Of a stretch of DNA of 64,000 nt, positions 12,975-25,483 are shown piece after piece. Positions within the stretch are counted from its first letter, which is position 1. Every line of letters starts with the position of its first letter. Where the stretch lies: assembly GCA_964016885.1 (NCBI GenBank), contig OZ024748.1, positions 28,520,001-28,584,000 of the forward strand. The letters run 5' to 3'. The DNA comes from Eledone cirrhosa. Its lineage: Eukaryota. The notes below the pieces were generated by a model, which made no database searches, was not told where the DNA came from, and saw only the letters and a program-made list of their open reading frames with translations. Position numbers and translations under genes: made by a program.

Positions 12975-15730
12975 GTAGTGGTTTAGTGGTAGTCGTAGTA
13001 GTGTTGGTCGTGGCAGTGGTGGACGTGACAGTGGTGGTAGTGGTGGTAATGGTAGTGGTGGTAGTGGTTTAGTGGTAGTTGTAGTAGTGTTGGTCGTGGC
13101 AGTGTTGGACGTGACAGTGGTGGTAGTGGTGGTAATGGTAGAGGTGGTAGTGGTTTAGTGGTAGCCGTAGTAGTGTTGGTCGTGGCAGTGTTGGACGTGA
13201 CAGTGGTGGTAGTGGTGGTAATGGTAGAGGTGGTAGTGGTTTAGTGGTAGCCGTAGTAGTGTTGGTCGTGGCAGTGGTGGACGTGACAGTGGTGGTAGTG
13301 GTGGTAATGGTAGAGGTGGTAGTGGTTTAGTGGTAGTCGTAGTAGTGTTGGTCGTGGCAGTGGTGGACGTGGCTGTAGTGGTAGTGGTGGTAATGGTAGA
13401 GGTGGTAGTGGTTTAGTGGTAGCCGTAGTAGTGTTGGTCGTGGCAGTGTTGGACGTGACAGTGGTGGTAGTGGTGGTAATGGTAGAGGTGGTAGTGGTTT
13501 AGTGGTAGTTGTAGTAGTGTTGGTCGTGGCAGTGGTGGACGTGACAGTGGTGGTAGTGGTGGTAATGGTAGAGGTGGTAGAGGTTTAGTGGTAGTTGTAG
13601 TAGTGTTGGTCGTGGCAGTGGTGGACGTGGCTGTAGTGGTAGTGGTGGTAATGGTAGAGGTGGTAGTGGTTTAGTGGTAGTTGTAGTAGTGTTGGTCGTG
13701 GCAGTGGTGGACGTGGCTGTAGTGGTAGTGGTGGTAATGGTAGAGGTGGTAGTGGTTTAGTGGTAGTTGTAGTAGTGTTGGTCGTGGCAGTGGTGGACGT
13801 GACAGTGGTGGTAGTGGTGGTAATGGTAGAGGTGGTAGTGGTTTAGTGGTAGTCGTAGTAGTGTTGGTCGTGGCAGTGTTGGACGTGACAGTGGTGGTAG
13901 TGGTGGTAATGGTAGAGGTGGTAGTGGTTTAGTGGTAGCCGTAGTAGTGTTGGTCGTGGCAGTGTTGGACGTGACAGTGGTGGTAGTGGTGGTAATGGTA
14001 GAGGTGGTAGTGGTTTAGTGGTAGTTGTAGTAGTGTTGGTCGTGGCAGTGGTGGACGTGACAGTGGTGGTAGTGGTGGTAATGGTAGAGGTGGTAGTGGT
14101 TTAGTGGTAGTCGTAGTAGTGTTGGTCGTGGCAGTGTTGGACGTGACAGTGGTGGTAGTGGTGGTAATGGTAGAGGTGGTAGTGGTTTAGTGGTAGCCGT
14201 AGTAGTGTTGGTCGTGGCAGTGTTGGACGTGACAGTGGTGGTAGTGGTGGTAATGGTAGAGGTGGTAGTGGTTTAGTGGTAGTTGTAGTAGTGTTGGTCG
14301 TGGCAGTGGTGGACGTGACAGTGGTGGTAGTGGTGGTAATGGTAGAGGTGGTAGAGGTTTAGTGGTAGTTGTAGTAGTGTTGGTCGTGGCAGTGGTGGAC
14401 GTGACAGTGGTGGTAGTGGTGGTAATGGTAGAGGTGGTAGTGGTTTAGTGGTAGTCGTAGTAGTGTTGGTCGTGGCAGTGGTGGACGTGACAGTGGTGGT
14501 AGTGGTGGTAATGGTAGAGGTGGTAGAGGTTTAGTGGTAGTTGTAGTAGTGTTGGTCGTGGCAGTGGTGGACGTGACAGTAGTGGTAGTGGTGGTAATGG
14601 TAGAGGTGGTAGAGGTTTAGTGGTAGTTGTAGTAGTGTTGGTCGTGGCAGTGGTGGACGTGACAGTAGTGGTAGTGGTGGTAATGGTAGAGGTGGTAGAG
14701 GTTTAGTGGTAGTTGTAGTAGTGTTGGTCGTGGCAGTGGTGGACGTGACAGTAGTGGTAGTGGTGGTAATGGTAGAGGTGGTAGAGGTTTAGTGGTAGTT
14801 GTAGTAGTGTTGGTCGTGGCAGTGGTGGACGTGGCTGTAGTGGTAGTGGTGGTAATGGTAGAGGTGGTAGAGGTTTAGTGGTAGTTGTAGTAGTGTTGGT
14901 CGTGGCAGTGTTGGACGTGACAGTAGTGGTAGTGGTGGTAATGGTAGAGGTGGTAGTGGTTTAGTGGTAGTTGTAGTAGTGTTGGTCGTGGCAGTGTTGG
15001 ACGTGACAGTGGTGGTAGTGGTGGTAATGGTAGAGGTGGTAGTGGTTTAGTGGTAGTTGTAGTAGTGTTGGTCGTGGCAGTGTTGGACGTGACAGTGGTG
15101 GTAGTGGTGGTAATGGTAGAGGTGGTAGTGGTTTAGTGGTAGTTGTAGTAGTGTTGGTCGTGGCAGTGTTGGACGTGACAGTGGTGGTAGTGGTGGTAAT
15201 GGTAGAGGTGGTAGTGGTTTAGTGGTAGTTGTAGTAGTGTTGGTCGTGGCAGTGTTGGACGTGACAGTGGTGGTAGTGGTGGTAATGGTAGAGGTGGTAG
15301 TGGTTTAGTGGTAGTTGTAGTAGTGTTGGTCGTGGCAGTGTTGGACGTGACAGTAGTGGTAGTGGTGGTAATGGTAGAGGTGGTAGTGGTTTAGTGGTAG
15401 TTGTAGTAGTGTTGGTCGTGGCAGTGTTGGACGTGACAGTAGTGGTAGTGGTGGTAATGGTAGAGGTGGTAGTGGTTTAGTGGTAGCCGTAGTAGTGTTG
15501 GTCGTGGCAGTGTTGGACGTGACAGTGGTGGTAGTGGTGGTAATGGTAGTGGTGTTAGTGGTTTAGTGGTAGTTGTAGTAGTGTTGGTCGTGGCAGTGTT
15601 GGACGTGACAGTGGTGGTAGTGGTGGTAATGGTAGTGGTGGTAGTGGTTTAGTGGTAGTTGTAGTAGTGTTGGTCGTGGCAGTGTTGGACGTGACAGTGG
15701 TGGTAGTGGTGGTAATGGTAGAGGTGGTAG
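12975..15730. repeat. 86-bp minisatellite, about 32 copies
   Basis: gtttag anchor at 12981, 13067 and 13153 (period 86). Highly homogeneous with a few diagnostic variants. Confidence 0.96.
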
Positions 15731-15949
15731 TCGTAGTAGTGGTGAACGCGAGAGTGGTGGTAATGGTAATGGTGGTAGAAGTATTGGTTGTTGGTCGTGG
15801 TAGTGATGCTGGAAAGGAAAACTTTGATGCTGGCGTTTTAACATGGTTAGTTCTTCCTCACCCCGGACTGTTAAAGGTTTAAAGAGAAGCACTCAGGCGG
15901 ATAATTATCACACTACACTACCATTGTACACACCGCACACACACATAAT

Positions 15950-18850
<2,901 letters not shown>

Positions 18851-18854
18851 ATAT

Positions 18855-19019
18855 CCAAAGAGCGTAACGCGGAGTTACTATTGGTTCACCCGGGTGAGCA
18901 CTCGATGTTTAGGTTCGTGTTTTATTATACTACACTCTGTCTAGCTCGAGGTGTAGAGCTAGACAGAATGTAGTATAATAAAACACGGACGAATGGTTAC
19001 TCCTTCATTACGTTTTTGG
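18855..19019. repeat. Fold-back palindrome (PLE-terminus-like)
   Basis: 32-bp inner arms 18916-18947 and 18956-18987 with 1 mismatch, plus imperfect outer arms. Confidence 0.85.
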
Positions 19020-19168
19020 TTAGTGATTTCTGATCAGTGGATCTGCTAATATGCAGATCTGACTGATCAGCCAGTCTGCTAATATGCAGATGAGGTTGAT
19101 CAGTCACTGTATATTTTAGAAAATAGCATATATTTTCATTAGCCCTGACAGTTTGGCAGGTGAATAGT

Positions 19169-19218
19169 GAGCTGTACTGATGAAGGGTGATACCCAGAAA
19201 CATTAGTGTCTGAAGTTC
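19169..19218 (+). ncRNA. Minimal type-I hammerhead ribozyme (PLE-type)
   Basis: gagctgta-CTGATGA-agggtgataccca-GAAA-cattagtg-TC-tgaagttc: intact core, GUC triplet, helix I with one mismatch. Confidence 0.72.
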
Positions 19219-19398
19219 TGTTTACATGCCAAGACAAGAGCAAGAATGAAGGGTTCATTCTACTGACATGGCTTTAAAGATGAGGCTTGTTTGCATAATT
19301 GCAAACGAATCGAATGTTATTATTAATATTCGAAAAACTCAGATTACATTTAATGTATTCAGCCATGTAGAGTGAAATTTATATATATATATATATAT

Positions 19399-19460
19399 CA
19401 AGGGCGGTGCCCCAGCATGGCCGCAGCCGGATGGCTGGAACAGGTAAAAGAGTAAAAGAG

Positions 19461-19462
<2 letters not shown>
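19399..19462 (+). mobile_element. 3' fragment of another SINE with a gtaaaaga-repeat tail
   Basis: gggcggtgccccagcatggccgcag...aacaggtaaaagagtaaaaga between (TA)n tracts. Resembles octopus SINE tails from memory. Confidence 0.55.
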
Positions 19463-19509
<47 letters not shown>

Positions 19510-19683
19510 AACTTTAGTACAGCATCAACGAAGCCATGGTTGCAGCCAAGCTTACGAATGCAGTTTCAGTGTGCAGCTAAGCACTGGATAGGGTATATAA
19601 CCCTAGAGTTATAACATTACGTTTAGACAGCTTTGCAAAATGAAGACAGTGACCGACGAAAAAGACTGAACTCAGGAAAAGTT

Positions 19684-19735
<52 letters not shown>

Positions 19736-20469
19736 TAGACTACATTACACCACTATATAATTAAATGTAAACTTTAAACACTGAATTGTTTGTGCTAATG
19801 TTGTTCTGTGTATGGAGTGCCATCATTGGATAAATGGAAGATTAACTTATTAACATAAAAGAGCTATATAACCTATATGTTGAGTGCAATGAATTATGTA
19901 CAAGTGATATATGAGTTATACATACATGTATGACTTGATAGAGAGATTAATGACATTGTAAGTGAGAATTGCTCTCTGGTCTACCCTAGAGATATTTAAC
20001 TTTGCCATGCAATCAGACATGCGCTGACCCAGAGCTTACCAGGGGTTGTATATAGACGTAGTTCTAATAAAATCCTGCCAGGTTCTGTGGGTAGACTACA
20101 TTTACAAAGATCATTGATTTGGAGATCTGACTCTTCATGTGGAATATTCAGTTGTGGCACTCTATGATAGACGGTAATCATCCTAATATGGACACCTTTA
20201 GTACTTCTTGATAGAGTAGACTGTAATTTAAAGATAGGATACTTAAATTTAGAAACTGTTTATAACCATATATGTTAGGGACTCAATTGGGACACCGTTT
20301 AATGTACATTGGAATAATAAATTTAGTTATAGAAATCAACTAGTTACCTCCCCTCACGCATTAACTCCCCTTATTCACACACACACTTCCGGAAAATAAA
20401 ACGATGTAAATTCTCGCAACAAAAACAACCTGCTCTATAAAATTGGATTAAAGAACAACAAGCTGTAAT

Positions 20470-21210
20470 AATCTAACCTAATACATCAAGCATCCAATAC
20501 TAAATTATCGTTGATTATGTGAAGGACATATAATCTATATATTACGTTTCCTGGATTGTGAAAATGGTGGTGTATACGAAAACCATAACATTATTTTGCC
20601 TCTCATTTTTAATATTTCTCTGCATACAAGCTTCTTTATCATACATAAAAAATACTTTACCAATACAACCCCCATAATACTCTTGATTGCCCGCTTAAAG
20701 TGCTTGTATTGCATATAACACCTTGCCGCACAATAATCTTATATAAATAAGACACACGTGCATGCCCCACGTGTAACTATTGCATACACTAACTACTTCA
20801 AACTATCCTCTTGCATTATCTTCGTAAACTGCCGATGTTGTATTTTAATTTTAATTTTGTTTTAATTTTCTTTTAATATGATTTTAATTTTTGAATGTAA
20901 ATTGCCATGCTAAAATATTATAATGGATGTCACCCCACTATGCATCGATATATACACATGTTTCTGTATGTCTCTTGTGTTGGAAAGGAGGTCATGTATG
21001 TAAACAATCATTGAAAAATTGCTCCGAAGACTCCAAACCTCGGTTTGGACGAAACAATTGTAAGCTAATAAATGGTTTGAACATAACTTTGATTCATGTA
21101 ATTTCTATATAACTGCTCTGTAGAACAACTGATGTTATTACATTGAGCTATTTATCTTACTGGTAATAAGGTAGTAATAAATTACTGTCTTTCACTGTTT
21201 AGGGTTTAAA
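20470..21210 (+). mobile_element. Highly decayed Penelope-like element remnant
   Basis: Frameshifted FLD...VY-KP (PLE RT thumb-like) at about 20545-20585, hammerhead-like motif at 21021, and 3' block 21115-21200 similar to 52591-52678. Confidence 0.4.
21021..21065 (+). ncRNA. Hammerhead-like motif with core variant CCGAAGA
   Basis: gct-CCGAAGA-ctccaaacc-tc-ggtttggac-GAAA-caattg-TA-agc: 8-bp helix II, palindromic helix III, short helix I. Confidence 0.55.
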
Positions 21211-21305
21211 ATATATATAACTATAAAAAGTTTTAGTATATACATAACCATAAATAGTATCCTTAATACTATATATATATATATATATTGTAATTATGTA
21301 ATTAT

Positions 21306-21522
21306 GAAGGCGTGTGGCTGAGTGGTTAGAGAATTGGATTCACAATCGTAAGGTTGTGAGTTCGATTCCAGGACCAGGCGATGCGTTATGTCCTTGAGCA
21401 AGACACTTTATTTCACGTTGCTCCTTCTACCTGGAGTTGCGACCGATAGATAGTATTAGCAATTGGAAAGACCAACGGAAACTTTGTTCCCTCGGTCCGA
21501 TTTGACGAAAGTCGATCGTTCC
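21306..21522 (+). mobile_element. tRNA-derived CORE-type SINE family B
   Basis: A-box tggctgagtgg, B-box gagttcgattcc, CORE-like tgtccttgagcaagacacttta. Near-identical to 54502-54716. Confidence 0.88.
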
Positions 21523-21523
21523 T

Positions 21524-21575
<52 letters not shown>

Positions 21576-21720
21576 AGAATAAATATACCAAATGAGTGTT
21601 TACGACAACTTATGCGAAAATGTTCCATGTTTCGACGGGTTTAACGACTATACAGTGTATTGGTTCCATACCATCAACCCAGTCTCTTCAGACGGTCTTC
21701 CGAACATTATTTGTATCCAT

Positions 21721-21852
21721 GCCCTTGCCATTCTGAGTTCAAATCCCGCCGAGGTTAACTTTGCTTTTCATCCTTACGGGGTCGATAAAATAAAGTACCA
21801 GTAATGCACTGAGTAATTGCTGGCCTTGTGCCAAAAGGTAGAAACAATTATT
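21721..21852 (+). mobile_element. 5'-truncated SINE family A
   Basis: Matches the consensus from the B-box to the gtagaaacaattatt tail. Confidence 0.88.
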
Positions 21853-22209
21853 TTTATCCACCCCTTGTTTTCTGGGGAACCCAGGGTGGTGAGATAGGGG
21901 AACTGATAAAATATCAACTCCCCTATAATTTAGCGACCATGTCAATACCTATTTATAGCATTGTAAGAATGTTACCCCGCCACCACCCACCCACGGTACC
22001 GGCTATCCATGGCATACCCACTACGGCCATTCATAGTGACATTTTAGTCACAGACACCTACTTGTAGCAGTGGTCAAGCATGGCATCACTCCCAGTAGCC
22101 ATGTCGTTATATATCCCCATCTTACTCAGCCATCTCATGCCCCCGTAGTGATGGCAACACGAAGGAATCTGGATGTAATCTGTGATGCTTCAAGATACTG
22201 GGTGCTTAC

Positions 22210-22251
22210 CTCAGGATACTTCCAGTTACAATGCCCTAACTGGTCATCTAC
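22210..22251 (-). CDS. Candidate 42-nt internal exon of an unidentified host gene (VDDQLGHCNWKYPE)
   Basis: Minus strand ttatatgcag|GTAGAT...CCTGAG|gtaagc: good acceptor, strong donor, only phase 0 open. Confidence 0.45.
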
Positions 22252-22392
22252 CTGCATATAATATATATATAAATGTAGGATCTCGATGTAGATCGGGTGG
22301 CGACCATTGTAGTGCACGTACAACATATAGAAATGGTTTCTACTGTTTCATTCATAAGAAATCATCATCATCAGGAAAATCCATATATATAA

Positions 22393-22465
<73 letters not shown>

Positions 22466-22621
22466 CTTACACCATTTCTATCTCCAGGAGTAATTTACCC
22501 GATATATCCACTTATATCTTTGTAGTTAACTATTATTATAGTTATGTGCATTGTGGCGACTATATATACATATACATATACATATATATATATATTGATA
22601 CAAATACGCGTGTATTATATA

Positions 22622-22799
22622 TTGGCAGTATCGGTAGAGGGTCGGGCACCATGCTTTGAAGCATAGAGTTACCTCCCTTTATGATCTGAGTTCAAATCCC
22701 GCGGAGGTTAACTTTGCCTTTCGTCCTTACGGGTTCGATAAAATAAAGTACCAGTAATGCACTGGGATAATTGCTGGCCTTGTGCCAATAGTAGAAACA
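22622..22799 (+). mobile_element. SINE family A (short form)
   Basis: Full consensus match. 8-bp TSD attatata (22614-22621 and 22800-22807). Confidence 0.9.
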
Positions 22800-22927
22800 A
22801 TTATATAGTTATAGAGGTGCGTATATACATTTTAATTTATATTTTTAATTATTGTGTGTCTACCATTGATTATAGATTCCATACACTGGTGGCATTCCCT
22901 GTTTTATTGATGGCACACTTTCTCTCT

Positions 22928-22995
<68 letters not shown>

Positions 22996-22997
<2 letters not shown>

Positions 22998-23194
22998 CGA
23001 GGGGGTGTGGTAAGGAACCAGATGGACCATAACGCACCAGAGTACTCAATACTTAGGGTAGTAGAGTGGGTAATAGGAAAGAGTTTGAGCCCGACGGCAG
23101 AGCTCAAGCCGTTTCGACGGCTATTTCTGGACTACAGAAATAGTCCAGAAATAGCCGTCGAAACGGCTTGAGCTCTGCCGTCGGGGTCAAACTT

Positions 23195-23240
<46 letters not shown>

Positions 23241-23368
23241 CGAAAGAAATGTGGTAAGGAACCAGGTGGACCATAACGCACCAAAGTACTCAATACTTAG
23301 GGTAGTAGAGTGGGTAATAGAAACAAGTAAGACCCCGACGGCTGAGCTCCGTCGGGGTCTTACTTATT

Positions 23369-23373
<5 letters not shown>
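22996..23373. repeat. Two related fold-back elements in (TA)n
   Basis: About 100-bp direct repeat (22996 and 23239), each ending in a palindrome. Arms 23077-23134/23141-23198 and 23317-23341/23349-23373. Confidence 0.88.
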
Positions 23374-23413
<40 letters not shown>

Positions 23414-23628
23414 TACAGTAGACGAGGAGTGGACATTACAGTGGGTATACATATATGCTACAATAATCTGTAATATTTATTCTCTAGTCATATGCTACAT
23501 TGGGCTGTCAATATTCCTGAGATAGCTAATAGCACACACTCTGATATGATGCTATTTATACACACCTATCACTCTATATTGATATATTACTAAATTATAT
23601 GGAAATGAGCAATCTAGTGCACACACAC

Positions 23629-23659
<31 letters not shown>

Positions 23660-23784
23660 TGTATGTATGTATGTATGTATGTATGTATGTATGTATGTAT
23701 GTATGTATATGAATGTGTGTGTGTGTGTGTATGTATATATATTTGTGTGGGCGGATACAAATGATTAATCTCTCTCTCACTCTC

Positions 23785-23868
<84 letters not shown>

Positions 23869-23870
23869 TG

Positions 23871-23924
<54 letters not shown>

Positions 23925-23948
23925 TGTATGTATATATATATAAATATG

Positions 23949-24011
<63 letters not shown>

Positions 24012-24834
24012 TTATGGTAAATATAAACATGCTGACTATAGAGGGTTGCGTATGTAACGCATCAATCAGTAAATAATGAAGCAATTCGCATCAAGCACCC
24101 AACGTCAGGTTTATTCAACATCCAAATATGATTTGACAGTCAATGATGGAGTATCTAAACTATAATAAAGTAAGAAGCGCGGGACTGCGTACGGTTTATG
24201 ATTTTTTTTTATCCCAGTAGTAAAATAAGTTGGATTACTTTGAATAAATAATGAATGAATATTACATAATTTATCATCTACTAAATTTCACAGCTGTTTA
24301 TTAAATATATTTTATTACTTATTTAGAGATTCACTTCTTTAAAATTTTCAAATGTCAACACTTCCGGTTAGCGATCGTTTAAATAAATATTCATATATTT
24401 CTGTCACTAATTTTCTCCTAATGCAGTTTATATATAATATCGTCTTTTTTTAATGTATCATGGATTACGTTACTGATTACATAAGACAGTGTAACGCAGT
24501 CTTCGTTCAATTTCTATGTATTATATATTGTCAATTACGATTTTCTTTGCTGTATCATATCTACAATATATATATCTGCGTATAATATCAATATACACAC
24601 TACACATGCTAGCAGAAAACCACCCTAAGGGTGGTTTTTTTGCTAGTATATAGAATAAGTAAAATGCGAAGTTCAGTGTAGATGTTAAAGAGTTATTTAT
24701 TAACAAAGCTGTGATACACATTTCCAAGACGGTCATGACTACATGATTGTTCAATCATGTAACCGGTCGCATGAAATCATTAAACAGTAGCTCATATAAT
24801 AAGTCTATCCAATCTAAAGACTTCGCATTTTCCT

Positions 24835-24969
<135 letters not shown>

Positions 24970-24973
24970 ATAT

Positions 24974-25043
<70 letters not shown>

Positions 25044-25164
25044 TCAAAATTGACAGAAGAATTTCTCACCCACTGAGTAAATTTGATTATTTACTTATAA
25101 TAACTATCTTCGGTTCCGTTAAATTAAATTATAAACAATAATTGTAAAGTTCTGTTTTTATATG

Positions 25165-25449
25165 TGTTGTATTCCTCTCGGTACTCGCAGAGAAAACACA
25201 ACGAGTTATATCAAATAATTTGTGTATTGTACGAAACAACCAAAACGCCCCCCCCCCCTCACAGTAGCAGAATAACATAAAGTAAGTCCCAGCAGCAGTC
25301 TGTGACCGAGTTTTTAATACCAACGCTGACTGACTGCCCAGGTCACGTGATTCATATGCAAATGCGTGAGCACGTGTAAATTGAATAAAACGAATTTAAC
25401 AGTCCATACAACAATGAGGTTGTGAGTTCGATTCCCAGTCCATACAACA
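25165..25449 (-). repeat. 3' LTR (285 bp)
   Basis: Differs from the 5' LTR by 2 substitutions and poly-C length (11 versus 16). Contains two cacgtg boxes and atgcaaat. Confidence 0.96.
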
Positions 25450-25483
25450 CCTCCCCACCGAAATTGATGCAACAAAAGAAGCA

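Noticed and set aside
15858-15863. 6-nt micro-exon (tttaacag|TCCGGG|gtgagg, minus strand)
   Set aside because: Too short to distinguish from chance without RNA data.
19800-20330. Possible GIY-YIG remnant on the minus strand
   Set aside because: Only a weak CTQHIG-like string, too decayed to support.
21306-21380. tRNA genes at SINE heads
   Set aside because: They have A and B boxes but continue into SINE bodies with TSDs and lack a proper acceptor stem.
22335-22382. CTGATGA...GAAA on the minus strand (similar partial motifs near 19560, 30590, 31670 and 34120)
   Set aside because: Helix II, the core or the cleavage triplet is missing.
24608-24641. Rho-independent terminator-like hairpin plus T run
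   Set aside because: Eukaryotic DNA, and the T run is simply the palindrome arm.
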